Part shown: positions 1 to 12,047 of the stretch, piece after piece | Layout of the letters: every line of letters starts with the position of its first letter | How positions within the stretch are numbered: the stretch's first letter is position 1 | Source: a virus | Virus record (IMG/VR): IMGVR_UViG_3300042731_005759 | Location: 112,088 to 176,087 of that record | DNA: 64,000 nucleotides | Direction: 5' to 3' (one strand) | The notes under the pieces: model-generated | Seen by the model: only the letters and a program-made list of their open reading frames with translations | The model's database searches: none | What the model was told of the DNA's origin: nothing | Made by a program: the position numbers and the translations under genes

Positions 1-1
1 A

Positions 2-475
2 GCACTTATATATCTGATAGATAACCTCTCTCAGTACGAACCAGGTGATGTAATATCTTATGGTGGAGATTGTTATACTACAGTTCAAGTCACAACACCA
101 CCTAATAAGGCAATATTAATAAATCCTGACAATACCTTTACAGACTGTTCTCAATGTACAGGTAGTATGACACCAACATCAACACCTAGTCCTTCTGCAA
201 CGGAAGAGGCGACTTATTGGGTTCTAAGAACATGTGACGGTGGGCCAACTTTAAATGTTATACATGACCCATTCCTTAACCTAAATCAAGGTGCTGCGGT
301 TTACGCCAATAATGAATGTTATGAATTATTTGCTTTAACCTCAGATGATTCAGGTTTAATACTCCACAGTGGAGAATACGAAAATTGTACGGCATGTATA
401 AATGATAATGACCTACCTCAGGAGGGTATAGAAAATGAGGAAGTAGGACCTACACCAACTCCAACAGAAGAATAA
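2..475 (+). CDS. 5'-truncated virion-type protein with Cys pairs and PT-rich segments
   Basis: Frame is open from position 2 into the listed ORF 167..475; CxxC pairs and a PTPTPT C-terminus. Confidence 0.7.
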   Translation, partial: ALIYLIDNLSQYEPGDVISYGGDCYTTVQVTTPPNKAILINPDNTFTDCSQCTGSMTPTSTPSPSATEEATYWVLRTCDGGPTLNVIHDPFLNLNQGAAVYANNECYELFALTSDDSGLILHSGEYENCTACINDNDLPQEGIENEEVGPTPTPTEE

Positions 476-484
476 TTATAAGAT

Positions 485-3460
485 ATGGCATCAATAAAAC
501 TTACATGGTCACATCCGAACAACAACATCCCAACTGAGGGATATATTGTTGGTTATAGACCTAATGGTTCTTCTGATCCGTATGTGGAAATTTATGTAAC
601 TACAGGAACTGAGGTTATGTTGGATGACCTATTACCAAACACTTTATATGAGGGTTATATTAAATCTAATAACGGTAATGGGATTATTAGTAATGGTATT
701 ACTTGGTTACATAATTGTGAAAGAGATTGTACGTTAGGGGTTTCTTTTATTGAAAAAACACCTCCGTTACCACCAACTGCGACACCAACTCCAACACCTA
801 ATCCAACATCTACACCATTTGCAACATCACCACCACAACCAACACCAACAGCAACTTTAAATTGTTATATATACACTATTGAACATGATAGTACGATAAA
901 CGTAACTTCACCAAAATTCACTTGTTACAGTTATGTAAAATGTGAAGATGGACTAACGTATAATGTGTGTGTGTCAGAGGTTAATGCCTTTGATTATCCT
1001 ACACAAATTGACGTTTGTGCTGTTGAAAATACAGTTCAAAACATAACAGATGGTATTAATGTAATTACACAGGGTGTGGCATGTATTAATGAAAATGATG
1101 TACCAACCCCAACACCAACAATTACTTTAACTGCAACACCAAGTGCAACTTCAACACCACAACCAACAAGTACACCTTTACCTACAGAAACAAATATACC
1201 GACACAGACTCCACAACCAACTTTACAACCAACACCTACACCGTCTATAGACCCTAATTTGCCGACACCTAATCCTACTGCAACATCGGGTAACGAACCG
1301 ACACCTAATCCTACTGCAACAGTAGACCCTAATTTACCGACACCCTCACCAACGTCAGGGGATGGACTTGATCCTACTCCAACAAATACTGGTGATGGTA
1401 ATGAACCTACACCAGAGCCTACTTCAACACCAAATAATTTAGGTCCGACTCCAACACCAACATCAGGAGATGGTAATGAACCAACACCTTTCCCAACACA
1501 GACACCAGTATCAACAAGTACACCTATTCCAACTCAAACACCATTACCAACAAATACACCATATGCAACACCTGAACCAACACATACACAACAACCAACA
1601 AGTACACCTGTACCTACAGAAAATTTAGAACCTACACCTACACCAACAGATTGTGAGGTTGATTTAGATTGTTACTCAGAAATATTAGATCCTAATTTAC
1701 CGACTGCGACACCTAATCCAACACTTGTACCAAATCCAACTCCTAATCCTACAAGTACGAATTACCCAACACCTGAACCAACACATACACCACAACCAAC
1801 AAGTACACCTTATCCAACTGGTGTGTCAAACCCAACACCTGTACCAACAAGTACTCCTAATGCGACTTCGACTCCACAACCAAGTCCAACACCATTTGCA
1901 ACTCCAAACCCGACTCCGATACCTTCGTCTACACCTGACGCAACACCACTACCGTCATCTACACCTGATGCAACACCAATTCCTACAACAACACCTGATC
2001 CTACACCAATTCCAACCTCGACACCTGAGTCAACACCTAATGCAACACCAATTCCTACAACAACACCTGATCCTACACCGATACCTTCCTCTACTCCTGA
2101 TCCGACGCCACTACCATCATCAACACCTGACCCAACTCAGGATCCAACCCCTAACCCAACGTCAACACCTAATCCCACACCAAATCCAACTGCATCGGAA
2201 ACACCACAACCAACGTTAACAAGTTCACCGAATCCAACCGCAACACCATTACCAACACAATCATCAAGTGAGGTGTGTATAATGTACGATTGGTTAGGTA
2301 GTCAAGTGATACCACAATCTCATGGTAAAGCATATGCGGACACAACAACTGTTAGTTCTATAACTGAGTTCTATTTATATGATCTTGGTTGTGGTCAACA
2401 AGACTTTGAGTACTTAGTAAATAACTTCTTAACAACAGGATATACATTCACAGTTAGTAGATCTGCGGACAGTAGTTCAGCAACATTTACCTTAGATAGT
2501 TTAAGTGATAATGCGTCTAATGATTATTGGACATTAGGTGTGACGTATGTTTCAGGAAATGTTACACAAGCACCTTCAGGATTACCATGTCACCAACCAA
2601 ATACTTTCTGTTTCAATTATCCTCCACAATCGGGTCAACCTACTCCTGAACCTACAAGTACACCTTATCCGACACCCGCACCTACAAGTACACCCGAAGC
2701 AACAACGGACGTATTGGCACCAACATCAACATTAGGTTATGTCGATGATAATCCACAACCAACACCATTTGCAACACCTAATCCAACACCTGAGTATGGA
2801 CCAACAGCAACGGAAGTTTTACCACCAACAGCCACAGCAATAAGTGAATTAGGTGTATTACCAACTTCAACACCACAATCAACACCTTTCCCAACAGATT
2901 ATCCAACCCCGACTCCAACTGAGAATGGTGGATCAACCTCATTAGCATGTAGATTAACAGTTATAGGTTCTGCGGAGGAAGATGAATCGTTATGTGAATT
3001 AGTAATAAAGTCGTCTTATTCTTTACCTGAACCTACACCAACTCCAACAGTAAATAATTGCGAACTTGTATTGATTGGATCTTCAGAAGATTTAGATTGT
3101 GAATTAGTGTTATTATCAAGTTACAGTGCATTACCAACCATATATACATATTATGTGGTAAATGATTCGACAAACCATTATATATTCTATAATGACGAAA
3201 ATGGTAATGATCTTGTGGGGAACGACCCACAACTCACAATTAAAGTGGGGGACACATTAAACATAACGAACTTATCGGGTGGACATCCATTATACTTTAA
3301 AACATCTCCTACAACAGGTACGGGTGATCAAGTAAATGGTGCGACAGGACAAGGAGCAACCAATGGAACAGTATCATGGACACCAACAGTTGCGGGAACA
3401 TATTATTATCAGTGTAGTGCACACATAAACATGTCAGGTATTATTACAGTGACCAACTAA
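485..3460 (+). CDS. Mucin-like Pro/Thr-rich protein with N-terminal FN3-like and C-terminal cupredoxin-like domains
   Basis: N-term IKLTW..GYIVGYRP..LLPNTLYE (FN3 pattern); long PTPTP arrays; C-term GGHPLYF...GTYYYQCSAHINMSG. Confidence 0.75.
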   Translation: MASIKLTWSHPNNNIPTEGYIVGYRPNGSSDPYVEIYVTTGTEVMLDDLLPNTLYEGYIKSNNGNGIISNGITWLHNCERDCTLGVSFIEKTPPLPPTATPTPTPNPTSTPFATSPPQPTPTATLNCYIYTIEHDSTINVTSPKFTCYSYVKCEDGLTYNVCVSEVNAFDYPTQIDVCAVENTVQNITDGINVITQGVACINENDVPTPTPTITLTATPSATSTPQPTSTPLPTETNIPTQTPQPTLQPTPTPSIDPNLPTPNPTATSGNEPTPNPTATVDPNLPTPSPTSGDGLDPTPTNTGDGNEPTPEPTSTPNNLGPTPTPTSGDGNEPTPFPTQTPVSTSTPIPTQTPLPTNTPYATPEPTHTQQPTSTPVPTENLEPTPTPTDCEVDLDCYSEILDPNLPTATPNPTLVPNPTPNPTSTNYPTPEPTHTPQPTSTPYPTGVSNPTPVPTSTPNATSTPQPSPTPFATPNPTPIPSSTPDATPLPSSTPDATPIPTTTPDPTPIPTSTPESTPNATPIPTTTPDPTPIPSSTPDPTPLPSSTPDPTQDPTPNPTSTPNPTPNPTASETPQPTLTSSPNPTATPLPTQSSSEVCIMYDWLGSQVIPQSHGKAYADTTTVSSITEFYLYDLGCGQQDFEYLVNNFLTTGYTFTVSRSADSSSATFTLDSLSDNASNDYWTLGVTYVSGNVTQAPSGLPCHQPNTFCFNYPPQSGQPTPEPTSTPYPTPAPTSTPEATTDVLAPTSTLGYVDDNPQPTPFATPNPTPEYGPTATEVLPPTATAISELGVLPTSTPQSTPFPTDYPTPTPTENGGSTSLACRLTVIGSAEEDESLCELVIKSSYSLPEPTPTPTVNNCELVLIGSSEDLDCELVLLSSYSALPTIYTYYVVNDSTNHYIFYNDENGNDLVGNDPQLTIKVGDTLNITNLSGGHPLYFKTSPTTGTGDQVNGATGQGATNGTVSWTPTVAGTYYYQCSAHINMSGIITVTN

Positions 3461-3473
3461 ATATTTATGAACA

Positions 3474-6400
3474 ATGGCGTTTTTAGTTGAAATAGGTTTA
3501 AATAATCCATCATCGGGGGCATCTACTTATGATGTTTATATCACTGACTTTGATGTAAACACGGGTTGGATTCAAGTTGTGTCGGGTATCACCTATAACC
3601 AATTTCCTGTTATTGTAAATACTGATGATTATCCCGACGTAAATCACAGTATAAAATATAAAATAGTTAGTGATAATGGTTGTGAATGTGAGGGTTGTCC
3701 TGGTGAACAAATAACAGTTACATACGCTCACGAAGATCAAAACGGGGTATTAACGAATTTTAATGCATCGAATACCACATACTCTGAAATGGAGACGATC
3801 TTATGTAACTATGGTTCTGGCCAAGGACTTTTAGGTAATGGTAATTATAAGATTCAAAAACATGGTTCTAATGTCGCGATAGGAGATGCAATCTTTTACT
3901 CATGGAATGATGCATGTAACCCATACAGTAATAGAATATTTTACCTAAAAGAAACTCTTAATATAATACCAGGTTACTACGTCGTTACAGATGGTAACGG
4001 TATAATAACACAATTAGATTATATAGATTGTACATCACCAACCGCAACACCAACACCAAGTCCTTCAGAAACACCTGTTGCCACCCCTAATCCTACTGCA
4101 TCACCAACACCAAGTAGTACACCTAATGCCACTCCAAACCCTACTGCATCAGAAACTCCTGATGCAACACCTAATCCTACATCATCACCAACTCCAACAC
4201 CTACTGAAACAGAAGATACAAGTCCTACGCCGACACCAAGTAGTACACCTGATGCAACACCTGTACCCCTACAACCGACTAGTGTGATAATATCAGAAGA
4301 TAATATTTCATATGTGACCGCAGCTAATGTGAGTCCTTCCAACTATCCACAAAAAGACGCCGAATATGAAGGTTGGTCGTGGTTAAATATGGAGTCAGGG
4401 TACGAGGTAAGTAATACTAAGAATTGGGAAATTTACGATTCTAATCTTAATCTTTTATCAGGAACGAATCTTGAAGTTGGTTACAGAATTAGACAGGTTC
4501 CATTAAATCAGAATTACTACCAAACTCCTGGTGGTATTTATTATTCATTTGTGTGGACCGACGGGAATAATGTCACTTATCTTATAGGTGTTAATGGGGT
4601 TTCAGAGACATTTACGTATTATGGTAATCCATATACGGTTACATCATTAGATGTAACCTCTAAAACACTAATGAGTGATCTAACATTACCCTCAGGTTAT
4701 ACATTCTACCCTAACCAATTTGGACCAGTTGGAGATGGTCAACCATGGCCACCAGCTAATGAAAGGTTAGGAAGGGTACAACCTTATGATTATCCTGAAA
4801 TTGTAAATTCGGATACGTCGTTTGGGTATACCACAGTTGCCGATGGAGATCAGGGAACAACTGATATATTTATTTTTGCGACTCACCCCAAACCACAACT
4901 CAATACGGTTATACCATCATTATCACCATCTAATACAATTTCATTCATAACTAATTTTACAAATGGGTCAGACTCATCGCTTTTGGTTGATCAGTATTAT
5001 AGGGTACATATTTATCATACTGAATATGAAGGTGTTAATAGTGCTGACGCAATTTCACACGCAAGTACCACACTAATAGGTACAACTAACGATGACCAAA
5101 TTTCATCTGGGAGCCTAATGAATAACTCTGGGGTGGGAAGAACGGTAACCTTTACACCATCAACAACAATTGATTTAACAAATAAACGATTAGTATTTAG
5201 ATATGAATTATATCAATTAGATAATGGTAATAGTTATGAAAATTACAATGATTATACATCGAATATTCATATAAGAGCAGGTAAGAGAGTCTCCGCAACA
5301 AATAACACACTTACAAGAATTACGATTAGTGGAGATATTATTACCCCAACACCTAACCCTACTGCAACACCACAAGCAACACCTGACCCAACTGCAACTA
5401 ATGTACCGACCGCAACACCACAATCGACACCTAACCCTACTGCAACACCAACAGGTACACCGAACGCAACACCTGAACCAACACCAACTAATACACCTAA
5501 CCCTACTACGATACCTAACGCATATTTTGTATCAAACAGTGGTACTGATTCCTTAAGTTCAAATGGTGATATCAATAATCCGTTTAGAACCTTAGATTAT
5601 GCAATCTCAAGAATAAATAATGAAGACACGATATATTTTAGAGAAGGTTCCTATGAGTTTGACGAAAAAGAAATAACAACCACTGGTTTATCATTAAAAT
5701 CATATAATAATGAAAATGTTGTCTTTGACGGAACTAAATCAATCGACGAGTTAAAAGATATTTCTGTTAATGGTGGTAATTGGGTGACATACACAACTGA
5801 TGTTGTGACAGATAACAATCAAACTATAAATGATAAAACACTTTATAGAATTAAATTAAGAAACGATGTTGAAATTTGGCAACTTTTCCATGACAGAAAA
5901 GAAGTGATAAACGCAAGATTCCCAAGTGCTCAATGGGATGATGAAAGTGTATATAGTCATGATAATTGGGGTCATGGGTATTATGATTATAAAGATAATG
6001 GAGATATTGAGGATGGTTCAGGTAATATTATAGGAAATGGAACTGGTAGTCATTACTATTATGAGAATGGTGAAATAGTTGATGTGGCACATAACAATAT
6101 TAATCTATATGATTTTGTTACCGCTCAACAGGGAATAGATAACACATTTGATCTTTCAGGTTCTCTCATCAACTTGAATGTTGGTTCATTTAGAAGTTAT
6201 ACAAAAGTGGTAAACTCACAAACATTAGATACCTCTAATCAGGTTATTAGATTATCATATGATAACGTTGCCACATGGAAAGAAAAACACCATTATTATT
6301 ATTTAGAAAATAAATTAGAATTTTTAAATAGTGAGAACGAATGGTTCTTTGATAACAGTACCAAATATCTATATGTTTGGTTAGAAAACGATGAGGTTCC

Positions 6401-7595
6401 TAGTTTAACAAGTATAAGAGCAAAAGTACAGAGTTATTCATTAAATGTAACTGCGGATAATGTAACTGTTGAAGACATTAATTTCTTTGGAACCACATTA
6501 AGAGGTAATGGTGCTGCTAATTTAACAGTTCGTGATTGTGATTTCTTATATGCAAGTTGTTACCCACATATGTTAAATCAAATAAATTATGGAACACCTA
6601 TCAGTCCTACCACTGATGAAGTTTTCGAAAATCAAACAAGAGTCACAAGTAGTTCAAATGTAACTTTTGAAGGTTGCGCGTTTAGGTATACTGACGGTGA
6701 TGTAATTCATACATCAGGAGGAAATACCACAATCGAAGATTGTTACTTCAATTACATAGATAAAACAGTTACCAACCTATCATCTGTGATGACAACTCTT
6801 AGACTTATGGGTAGTGGTAATATTGTTAAAAACAATACTTTCCGTAAAACAGCAGCGTCTTCAACATTGAATTCAGGTAATGCACCAATCATTGAGTATA
6901 ACGATATGGCCGAGAGTGGTTACTTACAAAGTGACGGTGCCATGATACACCTTATGACAGCACAACAAGAAAACGCCAAAATCAGATTCAATTGGGTACA
7001 CGATACAATTAAATATGGTATAAGATTCGATGGAAATGGTGAAGGATTTAATGGTTATGTTCACCACAATATTGGGTGGAATTGTGAAGGTGCAATAATG
7101 ATAAAAGGTGGTGAGTTAGACGCTAATGGTAATAGTGTTGGTGGACATTTTGTATATAATAACACCGCTTTCAATAGTACGGTGAAGAATGACATCATGG
7201 TATTAAATGTTCAAGCGGGTCAGGACATCAACTTTGGTTCAGTGGTAATGAATAACTTATCTGAGACGTTAAGTGGTCATAGAAGTGATCCTGAGGCATT
7301 TGAATCAAGAATAATAAATTCTAATAACTTCACACCAACTAATGTGGAAGATTATTTAGTAAATGTAAATAGTAATGATTATAGACCAATAAATGATGGG
7401 TCAATAGTAAATGCGGGTAATACCACATATACTAATAGTGAATTTAGTCCAACTGGTGTTGATTCATTGACGGACGATATTGGTGCTATGGATTATAATG
7501 GTAATTCATGGCAAGCGGGTATAACATGGAATAATGAGAGATTTAATTTTTATAGTGAACTAACCCCACAACCAACACCAACTAATACTCCTTAA
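3474..7595 (+). CDS. PT-rich virion protein with a C-terminal right-handed beta-helix (pectin-lyase-like, possible depolymerase)
   Basis: Two PT linkers; [24 protein letters not shown] and [15 protein letters not shown] openings, followed by Asn-rich coils typical of parallel beta-helices. Confidence 0.7.
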   Translation: MAFLVEIGLNNPSSGASTYDVYITDFDVNTGWIQVVSGITYNQFPVIVNTDDYPDVNHSIKYKIVSDNGCECEGCPGEQITVTYAHEDQNGVLTNFNASNTTYSEMETILCNYGSGQGLLGNGNYKIQKHGSNVAIGDAIFYSWNDACNPYSNRIFYLKETLNIIPGYYVVTDGNGIITQLDYIDCTSPTATPTPSPSETPVATPNPTASPTPSSTPNATPNPTASETPDATPNPTSSPTPTPTETEDTSPTPTPSSTPDATPVPLQPTSVIISEDNISYVTAANVSPSNYPQKDAEYEGWSWLNMESGYEVSNTKNWEIYDSNLNLLSGTNLEVGYRIRQVPLNQNYYQTPGGIYYSFVWTDGNNVTYLIGVNGVSETFTYYGNPYTVTSLDVTSKTLMSDLTLPSGYTFYPNQFGPVGDGQPWPPANERLGRVQPYDYPEIVNSDTSFGYTTVADGDQGTTDIFIFATHPKPQLNTVIPSLSPSNTISFITNFTNGSDSSLLVDQYYRVHIYHTEYEGVNSADAISHASTTLIGTTNDDQISSGSLMNNSGVGRTVTFTPSTTIDLTNKRLVFRYELYQLDNGNSYENYNDYTSNIHIRAGKRVSATNNTLTRITISGDIITPTPNPTATPQATPDPTATNVPTATPQSTPNPTATPTGTPNATPEPTPTNTPNPTTIPNAYFVSNSGTDSLSSNGDINNPFRTLDYAISRINNEDTIYFREGSYEFDEKEITTTGLSLKSYNNENVVFDGTKSIDELKDISVNGGNWVTYTTDVVTDNNQTINDKTLYRIKLRNDVEIWQLFHDRKEVINARFPSAQWDDESVYSHDNWGHGYYDYKDNGDIEDGSGNIIGNGTGSHYYYENGEIVDVAHNNINLYDFVTAQQGIDNTFDLSGSLINLNVGSFRSYTKVVNSQTLDTSNQVIRLSYDNVATWKEKHHYYYLENKLEFLNSENEWFFDNSTKYLYVWLENDEVPSLTSIRAKVQSYSLNVTADNVTVEDINFFGTTLRGNGAANLTVRDCDFLYASCYPHMLNQINYGTPISPTTDEVFENQTRVTSSSNVTFEGCAFRYTDGDVIHTSGGNTTIEDCYFNYIDKTVTNLSSVMTTLRLMGSGNIVKNNTFRKTAASSTLNSGNAPIIEYNDMAESGYLQSDGAMIHLMTAQQENAKIRFNWVHDTIKYGIRFDGNGEGFNGYVHHNIGWNCEGAIMIKGGELDANGNSVGGHFVYNNTAFNSTVKNDIMVLNVQAGQDINFGSVVMNNLSETLSGHRSDPEAFESRIINSNNFTPTNVEDYLVNVNSNDYRPINDGSIVNAGNTTYTNSEFSPTGVDSLTDDIGAMDYNGNSWQAGITWNNERFNFYSELTPQPTPTNTP

Positions 7596-7642
7596 ACGGA
7601 TTTAATTAAATAATAAATTAAAAGAATAGATATTTATAACAT

Positions 7643-9049
7643 ATGGCACTTAGAAACGTAACATTAACAGGAACTACAATCGGGAGCGGAATCTCGAACG
7701 TAAGTATTTACCACAGTTTTGTGGATCCGAGCAATTTAATACAGGCGGGAGTAACCAGTACACAATTGGCTAATGGTTACACCTTCCAAGATCAAGATTA
7801 TAGATACACATATTATGTTGTATCAGATTCTGCGTGTGGAACAAACACGAGAGTTGTTCTACCAAACGCACCAATAAGTACATTTACTGAAGGTCAAATC
7901 GTGGATATCAGTGACAATGTTATAACACACGACATCACGGCAATAGGTAATACGATAACAGGTACTCAAAACGATTGGATGATTTTTACAGAATTTGGAT
8001 CAACAAGCAACGGACATATAGTTAGATCAGATGATAATGGACAGACTTGGATTAAAGAATCAAGTTCTTCTGCACCTGATAGAGCGATGGCATTTGTTAA
8101 CAACAGTACCAAATCAATCCAAGGTGGTGTATCTTATCCTGTATCCGTTGGTAGTTGGGCTTATAATGCTTATGGGTATTTTACATCAAATGGTGGTTCT
8201 AATTGGTCCCAACAAAATTTAATGACTCGAGGTACTGTTAATAGTAGTGCATACAACTCAGGTTATGTTGGGTATTCTTTTCAAGATGTTCAGACAAGAA
8301 CCACTGCTGAAGGGACTCAAAGAGATGGTCACAACAAATTTGTTTCCTATTTAGGGGCACAGTGGATGTCCACGACGGGACAGTATTTTTCAACAGACTA
8401 TTCATACAGTCAGAAAAGTCATATTGATGAGTGGTTAAATAGTTCTAGCCCTGTAGCTACTTGGCAGAATCGTGATTCCAATGTTAGTGCATCAGGAGTT
8501 AGTCAATCTTTGAGAGGGTATGGGTGTAGACTAACTGATGAAACTGGTCTAGTGAAGATATTTGCAGGTGCATCAAGTGGTTATATGTTAAAAATAACGG
8601 TGGTTAATACCTTCACTGCGGTATCATCTGGTGAGTCAGGTACAAACCAATTAATAACTGCGGTTGGTCATAATCAAGAGGAACTCAACGAACATGGTCA
8701 GGATGGTTCTGAAACTACATGGTTGGCAGCAATAGAAGACCCAAATCAAGCAGCTAACACACAGGAGTTTATTATGAGTACTGATGATGGTGATAATTGG
8801 GTTTCTTATACAGGAACTAATATGGACACGGATTATATATACGATATCAAATACATAAAAGGTAGATGGTATGCCGTTGGTAAGAAAGGAACCGAAGGTA
8901 GGATTTGTTCCACTGCGGACTTAAACGATCCTTGGGAACAAATGGGTACAACAAAACCTTGTAAAACAATAGGTGTTGGTAGAGATATTGAAAACACAAA
9001 AATAATAATTGGTTGTGAAGAAGGATATATAGTACAGAATCAAGTTTAA
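7643..9049 (+). CDS. BNR/Asp-box beta-propeller protein (sialidase-like fold)
   Basis: Asp-boxes SDDNGQTW, TSNGGSNW, STDDGDNW. Confidence 0.65.
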   Translation: MALRNVTLTGTTIGSGISNVSIYHSFVDPSNLIQAGVTSTQLANGYTFQDQDYRYTYYVVSDSACGTNTRVVLPNAPISTFTEGQIVDISDNVITHDITAIGNTITGTQNDWMIFTEFGSTSNGHIVRSDDNGQTWIKESSSSAPDRAMAFVNNSTKSIQGGVSYPVSVGSWAYNAYGYFTSNGGSNWSQQNLMTRGTVNSSAYNSGYVGYSFQDVQTRTTAEGTQRDGHNKFVSYLGAQWMSTTGQYFSTDYSYSQKSHIDEWLNSSSPVATWQNRDSNVSASGVSQSLRGYGCRLTDETGLVKIFAGASSGYMLKITVVNTFTAVSSGESGTNQLITAVGHNQEELNEHGQDGSETTWLAAIEDPNQAANTQEFIMSTDDGDNWVSYTGTNMDTDYIYDIKYIKGRWYAVGKKGTEGRICSTADLNDPWEQMGTTKPCKTIGVGRDIENTKIIIGCEEGYIVQNQV

Positions 9050-9067
9050 ATTGTCTATAATTAAGAT

Positions 9068-11347
9068 ATGAGTTTTTTAAGTCAAAATAATGCAGAGTTT
9101 CTCTCAGCGAGGATAACCCAAAAAGGAAGGAAATCTATTGCGGAAGGTAATTTCCAAATAAAGTTCTTTCAGATTGGTGATTCTGAATTTGACTACACAG
9201 CACCCTTTAATCGTTTAGATGGTATTCAAAATAATCCACAACAGAGTGTATTATCACCATTTGATAAAGACAGCCAAGTTAAATACCCGTATTTAATTGA
9301 TACTGAGGGTACAACAACATATGGTGTACCTATAATGGATTCAATCACTTCTACTATAAGAAATGGTATGGGTCCTGCGGGATTTATAACCGAATATAAA
9401 CCATATGATGAAACAGAATGTACAGGTACTACTGTGGAGTGTGCATCTATGAGATTACCATTAAATGGTTTTACAGGTACAAATGTTATCAGTTTCACAG
9501 AAACACAAGCTTATTTGGATTGTAATAGTGGTTCACAAACTTCGATAGATACTAATAATTTATCTAGGTTTAATGGATGTGAATTCATTACAATTGTTTT
9601 TAATAATGAGTTTGTTAGTGAAGAACAAGTGGTCACAGGAAACTCCACAAGTAAGATATATAAAATAGTATCAATCAATACTGTAACAGGTACAACAACC
9701 ACACCTCAATGTGATAACGTAGTTACTGGTCAAACTACAATAACAATCGATAGACCAACACCTGATTTTTCAAATCACACAGGTTATGCAGAAGTTATCT
9801 GTAATAAATGTAAAATTGAACACCCATTAGAACCACAAACATCAACTGAATGTGTTTCGAGTCAAGTAGATCCGAGTGAACAACATGACCCATGGAAATT
9901 AAACGTTGTATGGAAAGAAAAACCAATCGGTGCTGATACTAATGGTATTGATGAAAGTTTAAGTGGATTCACAAGTAGTAAACATATATCCACAACAGAG
10001 TACTTAGGATATGGCTTATCTAATGGTCAGGTAACTAATACAGGTACTACATATTTTAATTCATATAGTGAAGAAATAACAGTAAAACCTGAAGAACAAA
10101 AATGTGTGGCAATAGTACATTATAGTGAGTTAGGTCATATCTATGACGATCCCGATAGATTCTTTAAGTATGATGATTATATTGGTAGTTCAAATACTGA
10201 GGGTGTCTTAGTTGACGATGAAATTGTTACAGATGTTGAATTTTTTAATGTATATATTCCATTCATTTACTATGAAAATAGTACAGGAACAACAGTAGGT
10301 TCTGAATTTAAGATGGACACTACTGATTATTATTTAGATTCAACTGTTGCGGGTACACCTGGTGATATTAGAACACAATATATAAAGTATAGGTATCTAT
10401 TAGATGAGATAGGTAAAAAGGTAGGTAAAGTCTTCGTTGATAAAAAGATAATCGTATTCGATGACCAAGAATTGGTTTCATTATTAGAGTATCGTTCTAA
10501 TAGGAGACACACCTTACCATCACCAAAAGTATATTCAATACCAAGTGAAAATTCTGCAGAAAACGCTTGTTTTGCGGGAACTACAGGACAAACGTATTGG
10601 GTAACTTACATGTTAACATATTCAGGTGACAAACAATTGAATGGTTTACCGTGTAATTACTTTACAAAAGTTGAGATAAATACAGAGGTTGATGGATGTG
10701 ATATAACATATCCTTCTGATATTGCTTTCAAATTCGGAGGATCTTCAGACCATCCTAATGGGATAGGTTCTTTCCAACATCTAAAAACTGATTTATTAGA
10801 TTCTACCGACGGATATATTGCAGATACCTTTAAAGTTTTAATTCAAGAGACTACAAGTAATTCAGATTTACTACCAGATCCTAATCAATGGATTGAAATG
10901 GATTTTACATCTAAGATACCTAACCATACTGTTGGTAATTTAATTGATCCAACAAACTTAAGAGACCATAGTTTTACTATTTTACTTAGTGATATAGATG
11001 CGGGTTCTTTATTTGACCTTGAAGACTATTTGATTACAGGTACTAATAGTACAAATTATATTCCTGATGAACCATCAACAGATCCACAGTTTGGTGATGA
11101 ACAACCATTCCCTGGTAGTGTAAAACTAGTAAGATCTTCAGACATAGAGGAATTAAGGTTCTTAGTCAATTTACCAAATACTCAATTTACAAATACACAG
11201 AATCCAACACACCACAACGCGGCGACAAAAGTGGTTACTGAAGTGGCATTATTAGATCAAAATAAAAATGTTTTGATTAATGCTAAGACTTCCTCTCCGA
11301 TTAAAAGAGTCGGTACCCAAGTATTTTCTGTAAAATTAGATTTTTAA
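9068..11347 (+). CDS. Putative baseplate/tail structural protein
   Basis: N-term ARITQKGRKSIA..FQIGD and C-term VTEVALLDQNKNVLINAK resemble tail-collar/baseplate fibre-attachment motifs. Confidence 0.5.
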   Translation: MSFLSQNNAEFLSARITQKGRKSIAEGNFQIKFFQIGDSEFDYTAPFNRLDGIQNNPQQSVLSPFDKDSQVKYPYLIDTEGTTTYGVPIMDSITSTIRNGMGPAGFITEYKPYDETECTGTTVECASMRLPLNGFTGTNVISFTETQAYLDCNSGSQTSIDTNNLSRFNGCEFITIVFNNEFVSEEQVVTGNSTSKIYKIVSINTVTGTTTTPQCDNVVTGQTTITIDRPTPDFSNHTGYAEVICNKCKIEHPLEPQTSTECVSSQVDPSEQHDPWKLNVVWKEKPIGADTNGIDESLSGFTSSKHISTTEYLGYGLSNGQVTNTGTTYFNSYSEEITVKPEEQKCVAIVHYSELGHIYDDPDRFFKYDDYIGSSNTEGVLVDDEIVTDVEFFNVYIPFIYYENSTGTTVGSEFKMDTTDYYLDSTVAGTPGDIRTQYIKYRYLLDEIGKKVGKVFVDKKIIVFDDQELVSLLEYRSNRRHTLPSPKVYSIPSENSAENACFAGTTGQTYWVTYMLTYSGDKQLNGLPCNYFTKVEINTEVDGCDITYPSDIAFKFGGSSDHPNGIGSFQHLKTDLLDSTDGYIADTFKVLIQETTSNSDLLPDPNQWIEMDFTSKIPNHTVGNLIDPTNLRDHSFTILLSDIDAGSLFDLEDYLITGTNSTNYIPDEPSTDPQFGDEQPFPGSVKLVRSSDIEELRFLVNLPNTQFTNTQNPTHHNAATKVVTEVALLDQNKNVLINAKTSSPIKRVGTQVFSVKLDF

Positions 11348-11397
11348 GATTTACAATTAACTTTTTTTTGTCTATATATTAATTCATAAGTCATATT

Positions 11398-12003
11398 ATG
11401 GACAAAAAATTTAAAAACAAACCAAAAATTTTAGGTTTAGATATTTCAACCAAAACAATTGGGTGGGCTTTATTTGATATAACCGCATCACATCTTTTGG
11501 AACTGACACATTTCTCACCTAAAATTAAACCAAAACCTGAAGATAAGATTGAGGAATTACTTAAAAAGTCTGAGGCGTTTAGAAAACATTTAGAGAACTA
11601 TAAAAATATCGGTATAACAAAAATCATAATTGAGGAACCACTTCTAAATTCTAATAATGTCTACACAGTAGGAACATTACTTAGGTATAATAGTATGGTT
11701 TTAAAATCATGTTATGATGTATTAGGGTTAGTACCAACATTTATATCCACATATAATGCAAGAAAGTTTGCGTTTCCTGACCTAGTCGGTGAAAATGCAA
11801 AGGGAAGAAATGTGTTATTTGGGGGTTATCCTAAAACAATCGATAAAAAACACGTTGTTTGGGAACACGTTAATGATCTCTTTCCTGAAGTTACATGGTT
11901 ATACGCAAGAACAGGTAACCTTAAAAAAGAAAATTATGATATGAGTGATGCGGCAACTGCGGTTATTGGTTACGTAAATAAAATTAAAAGTGAAGATAAC
12001 TAA
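11398..12003 (+). CDS. ruvC: RuvC-like Holliday junction resolvase
   Basis: ILGLDISTKTIGWA, IIIEEP and DMSDA RNase H-fold catalytic motifs. Confidence 0.75.
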   Translation: MDKKFKNKPKILGLDISTKTIGWALFDITASHLLELTHFSPKIKPKPEDKIEELLKKSEAFRKHLENYKNIGITKIIIEEPLLNSNNVYTVGTLLRYNSMVLKSCYDVLGLVPTFISTYNARKFAFPDLVGENAKGRNVLFGGYPKTIDKKHVVWEHVNDLFPEVTWLYARTGNLKKENYDMSDAATAVIGYVNKIKSEDN

Positions 12004-12012
12004 ACAAGGGAC

Positions 12013-12041
12013 TTTACTTTTTTAATTTAAATTCATATATT
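12013..12041 (+). promoter_or_regulatory. Sigma70-type promoter
   Basis: TTTACT-N17-TATATT. Confidence 0.55.
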
Positions 12042-12047
12042 TAATAA

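Noticed and set aside
760-2930. CCAACACC-type repeats as a CRISPR array
   Set aside because: They are degenerate Pro/Thr codons in an open frame, with no constant repeat-spacer period
1725-5575. Alternative-frame Gln/His/Leu-rich ORFs and antisense Gly/Val ORFs
   Set aside because: Shadows of the PT repeat codons
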